From positions 1,161,923-1,225,922 of the forward strand of contig CM119264.1 in assembly GCA_051294375.1 (NCBI GenBank): a stretch of DNA of 64,000 nucleotides, written 5' to 3'. Below the pieces are notes generated by a model. It saw only the letters and a list, made by a program, of their open reading frames with translations, did not search any database and had not been told where the DNA came from. Shown piece after piece: positions 38,898 to 58,692 of this stretch. How positions within the stretch are numbered: position 1 is the stretch's first letter; each line of letters starts with the position of its first letter. This DNA is from Paraspadella gotoi. Lineage: Eukaryota; Animalia; Chaetognatha. The position numbers and the translations under genes are program-made.

Positions 38898-41882
38898 GGA
38901 CTCTATGTTGTAATTTGGCTTAAGGGGATTTGGAGTTAGGGAGTAGCGATTAGGGATAGTGGAATTTAGGATGCGTTCAGGATTAAAATTCAGAGGGGAT
39001 CAGAACCAATTAAGGTATAGTCGGTTGAGATTAGCGTCAGGATTAGCGTGCTTCAGAGAGATTATGTTAACAGCGGATGATGGTTAGGTGAAATTGATGA
39101 TTATAAGTATAAGTTTTAATAGTTAATGTAGATTATACATATGGGTTTAATATATTAAGATCTTGAAAAAAATGGCCAAAAATGGGCGATCATTGAAAAA
39201 AGAGAGCTAATCGGGGCGACATTTGGAAAAGTAAGCGCCATGATATCGATTACGGAGTTATAGATAAAATTCATATTATTGTTCGAATTATTAACTGGTT
39301 TAATAAGTACAAGGGTATATATATTACACTGAAAGAAACAGTTTGAGATGGATAAAGAAGGAATATCGGGTTTAAAAATGAAAAATAAACAAAAAAAGGA
39401 AAGTTTGCGACTTTCAGCGTAAGAATGAGTTTTTTTTGTTTTGCATTAATGAGAATCCAGGAGAAAAAATTGATTTTTTCATCTCTCTCTCTTCTCTCTT
39501 CTCTCGCTCGTCACGTCGGAAGAGAGAGGAAGATCGCAGTCTTTTCTCTCTCATCTCTGTCGATCGTTACTGTCATCTCAACATCGTCTCCTCTTCTCAG
39601 TCTCTCTGCAGCACGAAAGGATGGTCTGTCACTCGGTAGCAGAAGCGGGAGAAAACAAAACGAGCGAGAATGGTGTTAGTTAATAGGGCTTATGGCCAGA
39701 ATTGTTGAGCGTGATGGAAGGTCGGGCGGAAGGATTCGACGATGAATCCTTTTTGTAATTAGGAGAACGATTGTTATCGTTGGGTTGGTTGGTTGGGTGA
39801 TCGGGTTGGTTGGGTTGGTCGGTTGGTTGCTGGTTGTCGTCGGGTTCCCATAAGACAATGTTCGAATTAATCTTCTTTTTTTAATTATAAAATGTTAACC
39901 GCACCACATAGATCAGGGGTAAATGTATTTATTCCAGATCAAACAAAAGGATTTAATTAATGCTACAAATTTGGGTTTCAAGCAAATTTATCATAATGAT
40001 GAGTATTGAGTTGTTATGCAAGTGGAGATTGGAGTAGCTATTATTGAAATCGGATGAGAGGCCGGGGTAAAGACAAACATAAGTATATATTGCCAAATAT
40101 TTGTGACCAATAAGCACTGTATTACTCCATCAACACATTTAAATCTTCGTTTCTTTCTTCTAGTTGTATGTACTCATGCGAAGTTGTCTCGTTATATTGT
40201 TTGTCAATTTCTCAGCAGATCCACATTTTCTTTTTTCATGATTTCGAGTATTATGTCTTTATTACGCAGTGCGGTAATATTTTATATGAGGTACAGATGT
40301 AGTTATGAGTACTTTCTTGAACCACACTCACTCAAAGAAAGAATATTATATATAAAATAAAAAAAGATGTTTTTTCGAAACCAATTTAAGTTTTCGATTT
40401 TGTCTCTTCACAGGATGCAACACACCATAATATTAATTTTAAATTCTGGGCGCTAAATGTCATTAATAATCTTTATTATAGAGTAGACAAGAAAAGGGTG
40501 TATTACAGAAAGTCATCTTAATAGTGTTGTTTAACGGTTTTATTTGAAGCCGGAGATGTCAAATGGATTTTGACGTTGTTATGAGTGTAAGCGTTATAAA
40601 GTGTAAGAGCGGGGATTTTTTAAGCGGGGTCGGGTCGGGGTGTTATTTCTCAAGAGGAAAAAAAAGAGATTAATTACGGTGGAATTATTTTAACTAGGGA
40701 GAATGGTTGAAACAATTTCAAATCTCATTTGTAGGGGTTTCATCTCTCGTTCATTTTCGCTTTTCAATCTCTTCTTTTTTTTCTTCTTTTTTATTTGTTA
40801 AAAAAACATTTTAAACGTAAATGGAAATCTTAATTATTTATTCTCCTAATAAATAGCTCAAGTTGTCGGCGAACATTCTTTAAATTTATCAAATTTTTGA
40901 TATTTTTTTTCTCGGTGACACTCACTTTTAACAATAAATAACGAACCATACTGTCTTCTTCTCTCTACAGCGAAACCGGAATTTAATTTTAATTTTTTTT
41001 AATATTTTTTTTATAATTCTACGGTTTTGTCTTTCGGCTTTCGCAACTTCCACGCCAAAGTAATGGACTCTGCTTCGATTGTTAAGGCGATGGGAATGTG
41101 CTTAATTTAATTTAATGGTAAGAAAAGATGACCATAAATATTCAAATAAAAAAATTGAGCTTGTTTTAATCGTCCGCTAATCGACTGGGGAACTTACATT
41201 AAATTCTAACCTTATTGCTTATAACCTGACTAAAATAATAGATCTGAAATACCCTACACTCATACCTAAACATAAAAATATGCAATTAACTCGTCTCAAT
41301 CAGGCTTCTTTCATGTGAGGCCAAATCTTTAATCCAATAAAAAGTAGGTTTAAAAATAATAATTATTTTAAGGTTTTCATGTAAAGTTGGGGGGCGAGTG
41401 GGAAAATAAAGTGGCACAGGAAAGGAGAGTACCGTACGAGTATATAGATTATTAACTTTCCGATCGTTTATTAAGTATTGTAGTATATTTGGAGAAACGA
41501 AAGAAAATGGGAAAGAGTTGAAGGGGATCGACAACCAGTTTAGGTAGATGAGTTGGGAGAAAATTGCCGATCGGTAGCTCGGTTAGTGAGAGCCAGGTAG
41601 GAGATGAGGAGAATGACGACCGCAGAGGGAATTGTGTGTTGAGAGGTGATGAGTAGGGTGAGTTAGTTCCTTAGTAACTTCGCCACCAGGGGTGTCATTA
41701 TCTTGGTCGGGGTTTGGGTTAAATATGGGTAGGGAGGGGTCGCCCCCGCCCTTTTATGTGGTCGGGGTACGGATTTTCGTCGGCTTTGTCGGGGACGGTT
41801 GGCCACCGAACTTCCCAACTGGGAGCCGCCCTCGGCAAGGCATTTCTTCGAACATGAGAGAGAAGAGAGGAGAAGAGAGGAG

Positions 41883-41913
<31 letters not shown>

Positions 41914-42900
41914 GACGAGAGAGCAGTATTGAGAGATGAGTAGCGACGAGGAGGAAGAAAAACTAAGAAAATTCCCAGTGTAAATATATTTTTCTTTTCT
42001 GCTAGTCTCCTCTCTCACTCCTTCTCCTCTCTCATCTCCCTATCTCTCACATCTCTCTCTCCGTCGTCTCTCTCTTCGCGGTCCTCTCCTTCTCTTCTCG
42101 TCAAAATCACGTTTTCGACTCATCTCATCTCCTGCTCTCCTCCAGCACTTCTCTGTATGTATAAAATTATTGTCGTATTTGTAAGATACACCGTTTCATG
42201 TCCACGCACCCTCGTAAAAGAGACGCTTGCTCTTGTGTTATATATAAGCTTATATATCCTTGTTCGTTGAAATCCTTTTTTATTACTAAATAGATGGTTT
42301 AAAAAGAATGTTTTTAAGAGCTCTGTTATGGGTATTAGGGCAACGAAGAGTGGCAACGGAACCGGTTAATGAGAAAGCGGATGTTCAATCTAGGGGCGTA
42401 GCAAAGCATTGGGGCGATATGTCCGGTGCATCTACTATAGAAGTTACCATCTGGGACACTACTACACCACATATGGACGCCAACGGCTGGTTCTTGTTAC
42501 TACAGTGAGTCACAGCATATGGTTTCATTGGTGACACTGAGAAAGATAGTTAAAAAACATAAAGAGAATTGGATCTCCCATTTTTACGAAAGATTTGTAA
42601 CTTAGAACGCGATTAAAAAAAAATGATAAGAATCGTAGAAAACCAGATTTATCTAAGGATAGATGAGAAGAAAATTGGTTTTATAATATGAGAAACGGAA
42701 AGTAAAGAAGAAAGAAGGACATGAAAAGAAAAGAGAAGGGAAATAAGAGAAAAGAGAAAAAGTCCACGAACACACCAAAATAGTTAAGTAGAAAAAAGAG
42801 AAGAGGGAAATAAAAGAAAAAATAAACAAAGGGCAAGAAAAATGAAAAAGAGAAAGAGGAACAACGAGAAGAAAAAGTAAAAAAGTAGATAAAAAAAGAA
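38898..42900 (-). other. Error-rich inverted copy of ~28800-32460
   Basis: For example, 39397-39480 is the reverse complement of 32025-32115; similarity decays like a raw long read. Confidence 0.8.
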
Positions 42901-45775
42901 GTAGAAAAAAAAGAGAAAGGGAAAGGAGGAAAAATAAAAAAAAAAAGTAAGAAGGGGCGAAGAAATTAGGAGAGCAGAAGTTTGGAAGGAAAGAAAGGGA
43001 GAATGAAGCCGTGAGAAAATGGGAGGATGAAAACTGTTGGCAGCGAATGGATGGAGGAAATTGGGAAGGAAAAAACGGAAGATATGCGGCAAAGATATGG
43101 CGGCAGCTATGAGGCAGGCAGGGCGGCCTTCGGCGGCCTTATGCGAGCGACGGGGGGGCGAACTAGCGCTTGCGAGAAAATCTGGGAAACTGCGCGCGGA
43201 TATGAGCGAGAGACGGGAGAGCTAACGGCAGAGCGGAGGGGAAACCGAAGTGGATGAAAAATGGTGGAAGAGAAGGGGGGCGGGAAGGGGGGGAGGGAGA
43301 AGGAGTGGGAGGTCTATACCGGAGCGATTAATAAGAACAGATGAGGAGGACGCAAGGAAGCACGCTGCGAAGGGAGCGGAGGCTGGCCTGGAGGCATAGC
43401 GGTGGAAACTACATACGGATCATAAGGAAGAAAATTGATAAAATTGTAGTGAAATAAGGCGTCGCTGATTGAAAGAACGTCATCAACAGTATTCATGTAA
43501 TGAAATATTAACAATATCATTAAGTACATGAAATAGTGTCTTAAAAGTAAATTCACGACATAATCTCTTAAGGGACCCAGAAATCTTTATGATCGATCCG
43601 TCAACATTTTGGTTACGAAAAGGAGTAATTTGAAAAAAAAAAAAAGAAAAAAAGAAAGAAAAGAAGAAAATCATCTTTTAATCGCCAAAAAAAAAAAAGA
43701 AAAAAAGGAAAAAGAAAAAAAGAAAAGAAGTTTTCCTTTTTCCTCTTTTTTATTTGGCGAAAAATCAGAAGTTTCATTGGTTTTTTAAGGAGGCGAAATT
43801 AGAAAAAAAACACCAGGTTTAATTTAAATATTTTGTTTTTAGTTTTTAAAGTTATATTCTATATACTATTTTAAGTTTCATCCTTTTCCTTTTTTCGAGT
43901 CTGAGAGGGAAAAAACAACGCGGTATTTATGCTGTTCAAAACAAAGTTTTATGAAATGAGTAGGACAGAGAAAATATAAAATATATTATCTTACACCATT
44001 TTATTTTCCCAAGAAAGAGAGAGAGAGAGAAACAAAAAAAAGAGAGTAGAGAGAGAGCGAGGAGAAGGGAGAGAGAGAGAGAGAGGAGAGAGAGGAGAGA
44101 GAGAGAGAGAGAGAGAGAAAGAAAAGAAAGAAAGAAGAAAGAAAGAAAGAGAGAGTAGGAGAGAGATCGCGTTACATAAAGCGCCTTTACTTAAAGAATT
44201 TCGACATCAATCTCAGTCTAAAGATTTTTTCCGGACTCAAACAACCCCCACAAAGGGTTTAAAGATGTCAACCATTAACCTGTGGCGATTTTTTAAAAAG
44301 ATTTTAAGTAAAGGACCGACTTCATATTCAACATAGATTAAAGACGCTTAATGAGAGATTTAAAATAACAATTAAGGAGAGGAACTACCCAAAACCGTGA
44401 GATCCGTTCGTCGAGTGACAACACTGAAAAAATCTTAAGCTATACTTTTAAATACATATTAATAAACAATTTAATAAGTAATAAATAATTCTAAGTTGGA
44501 GAACTACCAGAAACGTTTTTTTATGTACTAAGTTTCATTTTTCGTGTTTATATTCATTTTACTAATTCTTTGTTCTTTTAATTTTTTTTATCTAAAGGAC
44601 AGACAGTAAAAATTTGGCAAAAAAAAAAAAACAAATTTTTAGGTGTTGTTTTTTTGATTAAAACTAAAAAATATTTTAATCATAAAGAATCCCTATTTTA
44701 TGGTCTATATTCAAAAGGCGTATTTTCAATTATTAGGTTATGTTGAGTAATTTTTGACAGGTAATGAAATGAGGAAATAAAAAAATAAAAAAAATGTATT
44801 TTATCCAATGAGAAATAGTGTATGCAATATTGGTGTCACTCGGCGAACGGAGACGGTGGTAGTCTCTCGTTTTTTGTTCTAAAAAAAGCCGTCAACATTT
44901 CAATTCCTTGATTCTGGGATTTAATTTTAGCTATAATGATTATTAATCTAAATAATCTATTTTAAACTTAAACCATAACGTAAATCCTAGTAATATATTC
45001 ACTTTAGAAACTCTGACACGCTTAACAAACGACGCGACAAACTGCGCAATCTCCATAATTGACTTGAAAATCGACGCCAATTCCCTTAGCAATCACAACT
45101 AATCTTTATAAAACCCTTAGCTCAAAACCTCACGCATCTAGCTGGGAAAAATCTCACCTTAAATCACTAACCTAATGCCTATCCTAATCCCTAACCTCTA
45201 GCCTAATCTTGATCTCAAGAAATTAATCTAATAAAGAATTTAATAAAAAAATGGGCGTTTTTGGGAAATAAGGTCATCAAAGGCGTTAATGTGTTTCCTT
45301 CCGTTTGCATTTTCTAGATTCACGCGATCGTGAAGAAATCACAACAACAACAGCAACGACGACGACGACAACGACGACGCAGATGACGCCGTCGGCTGGC
45401 GGCGCTGCGGGCGTTCGTGCGACGGCGCCGGCGCGGATGATGCCGCGCCCTCTGCGTTGACGTCGAAAAAAAATAAATAAAAAAAAACGAAAGACAATAA
45501 AATAAAGTAATAATTTAAAAAAAAAAGAGAAAATAAGTCGTCGTTCGGCTCCGACAAAAGATGTTCTTTCGTCAAAAACTGTTTTTGCCATTAATTAATT
45601 TCATTACTCAAACTGTGATTTAAAATTAAAACAAAATAGCGAAACTCATCTTTCTTTTGTTTCACTTACCTTTTCAAATGCTCGTCAAACACACTCTCCT
45701 ATGCAAATAACCGTCCTGATTCATACTAAACATATTTCATAACTGAATTTATATTCGTTGCACATACAAGACCCT

Positions 45776-45791
45776 ATGGAAGCCTTACATG
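45776..45791 (+). CDS. CDK17: Probable first coding exon of the PCTAIRE kinase (MEALH-D)
   Basis: ATG GAA GCC TTA CAT G|GTAAGT. The intron ends at TTTTATCCAG|ACGCTTCAA (46080), the same acceptor and exon start seen at 51427/51428. Phase 1 joins in frame to ASTRRTFPKIPSNPY. A degraded copy lies at ~51062-51080. Confidence 0.7.
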
Positions 45792-46099
45792 GTAAGTAAA
45801 AGAATTGAAAAATTAAAGAATTGATATATTGAAGAATCTTTATTTGCTTAAAAGTATAACCAGCTTTGTCTTTAAGCTTATAACTTAATTTAATATATAT
45901 TATTTTGTAATAACTTTTTGATTTTTAAAAGTAACAATATATCACTCCCTAACTTTAACATTCCCTTATCTAAGCAACTAAAGCCTCAAATCAATAAATA
46001 TAAAATTATTTTAAGCTAAGTTTTTTTTAATTTTTATAATTATAATTAAACCAAAACCATGCCACCCAATTTTTATCCAGACGCTTCAANNNNNNNNNN

Positions 46100-46357
46100 C
46101 CCCTGACTTTGTACAAGTTATGGTGGGTTAAAATTTTATATTAAATAAAGAAGATTTTAATTCGAACATTGTCTTATGGAACCGACGACAACAACAACAA
46201 CGACAACAACAACGATAACAACAACAACAACAACAACAACGATAACAATCGTCTCATTATTAAAAAGGATTAAATCGTCGACTTCGCGACTTCAAAGCCA
46301 AAGGCAAAGTTTCTCTTCATTAATAAAAATTGTCGTCGTTGTTGTCGCCTTGTCGTT

Positions 46358-46447
<90 letters not shown>

Positions 46448-49400
46448 AAAAAAATCAATTTTCTCCCTGGATTCTCATTAATGCAAAACAAAAAAACTCA
46501 TTCTTACGCTGAAAGTCGCAACTTTCCTTTTTTTGTTTATTTCATTTTTTTAAACGATATCTTTTTATCTTTCATAATGTTTTTTAGTGAATATATATAC
46601 CTTGAACTTATTAAACTAATTTAATAATTGAAAATAATATGAATTTAATATAACTCCGTAATCATATCATGGCTTACTTTTCCAAATGTGCCCGATTTAG
46701 CTCTTTTTTCCAAGAGTGCCCATTTTTGGCCATTTTTTCAAGCAAGATTTTACATTTGAGAACCATAAATTTAATATACCTAATTATGAACTTAACGTTA
46801 TTAGAAATGCAATGACTTTAACGCATCGATCCCTAACATTACTTTCTGACCCTAATCCTGAACGCTAACTCCCAAGACCACCTATCCTTAAACTTCTGAC
46901 GGCCGAATTTAATCCTGAAACAGCTAATCCTAAACGCACTATCCCTGATCGCTACTCCCCAATCCAAATCTTAANNNNNNNNNNNNNNNNNNNNNNNNNC
47001 GAGGAGAAGCGAGAGAGAGAAGCAGCAGCAATGATGAAGGAGAGACCGCAGAGACAGGAGAGAGAGATGTGAGAGTAGGGAGCAGAGAGAGGAGAGATGA
47101 GAGAGAGAGACTGAGCAGAAAAAAAATATACTTTAACACTGGGAATTTTCTAGTATTTCTTCCTCCTCGTCGTCTAGCTCATCTCTCTCTGCTCTCTCGT
47201 CTCTGCGTCTCTACGTGACGTCTCTCGGTCTGCTCTCTCTCTCTCTCTTCTCTCCTCTCATATCTCTTCTCTTACTGCTCTCGAAGAAATTGCCTTTGCC
47301 GAGGGCGGCCCAGTGGGAGATTCGGTGGCCAGAACCGTCCGACAAAGCCGACAGCCGAAGAAAACTACGACGACAAAAAAAAAGGAAAGGGGCCGACCAT
47401 ACAATTTAAACAACACCGACAAAAACAGCTGCCCCACGGAAATGGAGAGGAACTAAACAAGCGAAGCAAAACAAACAACAACATTTGGACAAACGCACCA
47501 ACCGAGCGAGGGACCGAATTCATCCAAAATTTGTTCGACCTCACAATTTCCAAATTTTGAGCTTTTTAAAAATAAAATTAAAACGAACAAGAAAGAAATA
47601 GATAAAATAAACAAAGACGGGCCCTTAAATATTTCCGAACCAGCAATACGCCCCAAATTATCAACTTAACAATACACTATAAATATATCAATTAAAACAA
47701 ACTATAAATTATGATTAAATGATCTGAGGTAATGGGTTTAAGCATTAGAGTTTAGGGAATATATGTAGTTAGGCGATTAGAATTAAATATTTCTATGGTA
47801 AAGGAATAATGTATAGTATTAATTAAAGTTCATGTGACTTAGCGGATAATTATAGATTAAAAATAATTTGCATTTGATTAAGCGTTGGGTAATCTTTAAA
47901 TTAAAAATACAAAAATTCAGGAGATTACGAAATTGGGTAACAAATCTGCTTTATAGAAAGTTTTTAGGCCGGAAAAGTCGAAAAATGACGAAGAACCAAA
48001 ACCGTAGAAATTATAAAAATAAATACGTTAAAAAAACGATTAAATAACTAAATTCAGGTTTCTCGCGTTAGCAAAAAGTTGGCTGCTCGTTGATTTATTG
48101 TTCACAACAGTGAGTTTGTCAAACGAGAAAAAAAATAACAAAAAATGTTATAAAATTGAGAAAGAAATGTGCGCGACAAACTTTGCAAGCTTACATTATT
48201 TACGAGAATAAATAATTAAGATTTCATCTTTTACGTCTTAAAATGTTTTATTTAACAACGAAATAAAAACAAGAAAAAACAGAAGAATTGAAAAGACGAA
48301 AGATGAACGAGAATTGCAAACCAAAATGAGCGATGTGAAGATGGTTTCAACATAGCTCAGATTAAAAGTTATTACACCGAAATTAATTTCTTTTTCTTGG
48401 CAGAAACCGCACCAGAACGATCAAGAGATCCGTAAACATTTAAAGTTATAAAACAAGCAAACAACGTTACACATTTTCGAACGTAAAAAACAAGTAAACA
48501 ACATATAAACTTTGACAAACCGGCCACAAATAAAAAAAGCACATTATACGCTCCGAATTTAAAAAAAATCAAACAATCGTTTTGACTCGGCAAGACGATA
48601 AAAAAAAAATCGAAAACTAAAATTTTCGAAGAAAAACATACCTTTTATATTAACTTAATCATATTCTCTATCTTATTTAAGAAGAAAACCATAAAAAACC
48701 GGGAGTGAAAAGTTTACGACGGTAAAAAAATAACGAAACCAATCAAAAAAAGAAATAAGTGCGCGGCAGAAAGTGAAAAAATATAAAGAACAAACCTACG
48801 AGTGAGAAACTAGAGGAAGAAAGAGAGAAGCATCATTTAAAATGGTTGGGATTGACTGGAAGTATAACAGTGCACTTATGTCAAATATTTCAAACGCTCA
48901 TACTATATATTGTCATATCGGCAACGATTCAAATAGTCTCAAATCAGACTCATAATAAAAAAAATTCAATAAAATGAAAATTGTTCACAACCAATTAATT
49001 AATTAACCACCCAATTGACATTAATTTAAATTCCAATTAAGAACATTAATTTAAACTCACAATTGACATTAAATTAAATCCAAATATGAACCATATAATT
49101 ACCATCCAATATTGAACATTAAATTAACATCCAAAGATTGAACATAATATAACATCCCCTTCAGCCGGCTTTGTATACAAAATGCAATAAATAAATTTCC
49201 CACCTGGACTTCTGATAACGAACGTTTGGTCTGAGGTTAAAATTTGTATAATCCTGAAATACAAAGACAGACTTCTTAATTACGAACATTGTCTTATGGA
49301 AACCCGACGGAACACACAAACAACCAAACGATCAACACACAACCGATAACAACAACAAACAACAAACACACAGCATAACAACTCACAGTTACACCTCAGT

Positions 49401-51427
49401 TATTAACCCACCAAGGAACTTAAATCGTCGACTTCGCCGGACCTTTCCAAAGCGCAAAGCCAAAGCTTTCTCTGTCCTCATATAATAAGCAATACACCGT
49501 GTCGTCCCGCCTCTTGCTTGTCGCCCTCTCGTACGATTGTAGAGGAGAAGAAGACAGAGATAAAAGACGAAGCAACCACACCCCCACCATGAGGAGAAGA
49601 AGAAGAAGGAAGAACGGTGAGAGAGAGACCGACGAGAGAGAAGACGACGACCGAAGCACGATGACGAGAGAGACGCAGAAGAGGAGACCCGAGAGATGAA
49701 AAAACACAATCAATTTTTCCCTGGATGTCATCAATTGAATGGCCAAAACACAAAAAAACTCCATCATCTTACCCGCCCTGGAAGTCGGCAACTTCTCTCC
49801 TTTCTGTTTCATTACCATTTTTCGTAAACCACGCCCCTTATCACCTTTTTATTCATTTCATAATGTTTTCTTACGTGGAATATAGCTATCAACCGTTCGA
49901 ACTTATACTATTAACATCATAATTTTAATAATTGACAAGTTAATATTGAATGTTAAATACTACCACCTCCAGTACTCATCACTATCAATGGCTTAACTTT
50001 TCGCCACACTGTGCCCGATTAGCTCCTCTTTTCCAGAGTTGCCCCACTTTTTGGCCTCTCTCTTCCACAAGACATTTAATTTAAACCATAATATTCTAAT
50101 CTAATTCATTCGGAACTAAACTTATAATCAATCCTCTAACCCCTCCATCCCCTAACAATTACTTTTCTGACCCTCAATCCTTGAACGTAATCCCAAACCA
50201 CCTATCCTTATAGGTGCTGACCCTAACTTTAATCACGCTGAACGCCCTAATTCCTTAACCACACACCCTATCCCTATCCACACAACTCCTCCTAAGCCAA
50301 ATTACCTCACCTTAACCATGCTCACTTTAACCTCAACAATAGCCATAATCCTAAATCCCTAACCTCTAGCCTATCTTGATCCTGTCAGAAACATTGATCT
50401 ATATAAAGAATTAACTAAAAAACATGGGGCGTTTTTGGGAAATCAAGGATCATTCACAAGGCGTACGTGTTTAATGTGTTCCTTCCCGTTTGCATTTTCA
50501 GTCAGATTCACGCCGAATCCGTGAAGAATCCACCAAACAACCAACAGCGAACGACGCACGACCCGCGACAACCGACCGACGGCAGATGTACGCCGATCGG
50601 CTATTCGGCGCCTTGCGGGCGTTTCATGCGACGGCGCGGTCGCCGCGACTGCCTGCCGCGCCCTCTGCCGCTGAGACGTTCGCAAAAACATAAATAAACA
50701 AAAAAACGAAAGCAATAAAATACTTAAACGTAATAATTTAAAAAAAAAAGCATGAACTACAGCCTCGTCCCGCTTCGAGCTCGACAAAGCACCTGTTCCT
50801 TTCGTCAAAACATCGTTTTTTGCACATTAAATTAATATTCCATTACTCAGACTCGTTCGATTTCCAAAAATTACAAACAAATAGCGCCCAAACTCACTCT
50901 TTCTTTTGTCTTCCACCTTCACCTTTTCAAACTCTGCGCTGCCAAACACAGGCTCCTCCATATGCCACAATTCAACCGTCCTCCCGACTTCATCGAACTA
51001 ACCACACTATTTCATACACCTCCGAATCTTTATATTTCGCTTGGCAGCATACAAGACCCGTATTGGAAGCCGACATGCGTATAGTTTTATAGAATTTGAA
51101 AAATTAAGAATTGACTCCTCTTGAAGAATCTTTATTTGCTTAAGTATAACAGCTTGCCTTCTTAAGCTCCATATAACCTTAATTCCCTATCACCATATAT
51201 ATTATTCCTCCACTCGCTCCCTTCTTCTCCATGCACTCCTTCTTTCCCAAGTTAACACCCTAACTCCACTCCCCTACACTATTACGTGCCCTTCGCCCTT
51301 ATCTAAAGCACACCTACAAGCCTCAAATCAATTACACTCATAAACTTATTCTGTAGCTAAGTTTTTTTTAATTTTTACTTAATCTATAATCGTAAACCAA
51401 AAAAACCATGCACCAATTTTTATCCAG

Positions 51428-51437
<10 letters not shown>
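46100..51437 (+). other. Further redundant copies: 46100-46974 matches 31635-32460, and 47000-51437 is a noisy copy of 29750-32460 plus 45150-46089
   Basis: Shared anchors in the same order, with insertion-biased noise. Confidence 0.85.
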
Positions 51438-56498
<5,061 letters not shown>

Positions 56499-58650
56499 AA
56501 TAAATAAAAGACGCTTTTTTTTGTTGCTGGTTTTTTTTTTTTTTTTTTTTTAGTTTTTGGTCTTTTTCGCGGAATTTTAAAAATAAAACGAGGGGGGGAG
56601 CGAAGCGGTTAAACAGTTAAAAAGGGTTAATAAGTCAAACGGTTAATCAAAGTCTAGTTTTAAGGGGAAAGTTATGATTATACTTTTATTTAAAAACGGA
56701 ATTGAAAGAGTATTTTCTCATTGTTGTAGTTTTTGTTAACTTATTATTTTTTCAATTGTGTTCGTTAAATTTGCTCGTATCTTTTTCTCTCAATCTCTTT
56801 CTGTCTCTCTCTCTCTCTCTCTCTCTCTTTAACTCGCTTTCTTCCTTATCTTTTACAAATGAGATTAATATTCAAACTGTAATACACTTACAGATGTAAT
56901 AAGATTACAGTTAATAACAGTTGAATTATTTTTTCTGAAACAAAATGCAATAATATCAATGTTATTTTGTAAAAAAATTTTATTCTTATAAAAATGTTTA
57001 GCATAAAATTTCTTATAGTTAAATTTGTTTTCTATCTTAAAATTGGCTGCCAATTTTAATTTTTAAAATCTTTAGTGATTTCAAGTTATCAAAATTATAA
57101 GTAATACTTAATACTTTAAAAAAATATTCACATTTCTATGTTAGTTTATTTTAATTAGTTTTTTTTTTAAGTTTATTTATCTTTTTTTGCAAGATCTTCT
57201 TCGATGACTGTTTGGATTTTTTTATGAGACAAAAATGGACTTTGACTCGTGGCGATCAAAATGTTTTATTATTTTTTATTTTTGTTGCCACAAGGATTGT
57301 TATAGCTTTTTTGAGACCAGTGAAGAAGCAATCTCGTTTAGACTTCTTATAATTTGTTTTGTTTAAAAGTTTTTTGTATCTTGCATATTTTTTTTTTGAT
57401 TAGTTCATATACATACTTTTATGAATATTTATAACAATTACATCTTGTTTTAAACTTTTTCAAAAATTTACCCCGCAAAATCTAATGCGCTCAAAAAAAA
57501 AGATAGTGGGCATACTTTTGTCTTACAGAATTAAATAACAACTTTTTTCTAATGAAAAATAAAGGAAAAAAATCCGATCACCCGAATATTTTATTATAAA
57601 AATTGGTCACAAAACATCAAGTATTGTCGATCATTTGTCAAGCACGTTAAGCATTGTCAAGCATCGTCAAGCATTGTCAAGAATCGTCAAGCATTGTCAA
57701 GCTTTCATTCTCTTATAAATCTGATAGAGCACAGAATATGAAAAAAAAGAAAATTCATTTACCCGATTTGGAATGCGTTCACGTTTAAGCCAACCTATTC
57801 ATCAGTGCATGGTACAACCTTTTTTCCCGAGAAAAGGTTTTCATGTTAGTTTGAATGTTTTAACACATGAATTAAAGCTCTTGCCAAAATGAATTTAAAA
57901 AGGACCCTCTTAAATCCCAAAACTAGAAGTTTGTTTTGGATAACAATTTTTTACGAAATAATTCTATTTAATACTTTGTTCAATTAATTGTAAATCATAC
58001 TTTACCTTTGAAAATAAAGATAAAAAGTACTTAAATTATTTAGCTAAATATTTTTGACCTCAGTTCGAGCTACCTGTGCCATTAACGTCCAGAAATAACC
58101 TCCTCCCTTAAGTCCGATTAACGACATTTAGCGTGTAGGACATCTAACTATATCTTTTTTCTAAAACTTTTAATGTACTATTTAGTACGGCCTCTCTGTC
58201 GTTCAAGGATTTAGTCAAAATTTTATTCCACTTTTTTTTAATTATGCATATCCTCAACGTTCCCATTACTACTTTTTTTTAAAATCGAGTTTTATAATTC
58301 TAAAAAATATTAAAAGAAAATAGTAGAAAAACGCACTGACTAAAAATAGATTGTATCCATTGTTTTGAGCTGGCATTCACGAAATATTTTTGAATGTGTC
58401 TCCAGCTGTTTACACAGCATGGCATATTATTTACTTGTGTAGCTATAATAAAATCCTTGTTAATTAACAAAGTCACTATCTTTGATATTTATAAAACATT
58501 GATATTAGAAAGATAAAGTTAGCAATTTATGCTATAAATGTACTAGTACTCTAAGACGAGCTCACAATACTAGGGCCAATCTATGTCAATGGGGTGGGTC
58601 GGAAATTTTATTTGGAAACCTTCCCAAATAAAACTTTAAACATTTCTGTG

Positions 58651-58692
58651 AGTCTCTTCGGAGGCGTGGTTCGAATCCCACTGCTGACACCA
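58651..58692 (+). pseudogene. 3' half of a tRNA-Leu-like sequence (long variable arm, T-arm, acceptor strand) with encoded CCA
   Basis: AGTCTCTTCGGAGGCGTGGTTCGAATCCCACTGCTGACA-CCA resembles the eukaryotic tRNA-Leu 3' half (..GGAGGCGTGGGTTCGAATCCCACT.CTGACA). No 5' half is present upstream. Confidence 0.7.

Noticed and set aside
38898-44800. Giant genomic palindrome or novel unique sequence
   Set aside because: An inverted copy that decays into low-quality purine-rich sequence, typical of an unpolished read.
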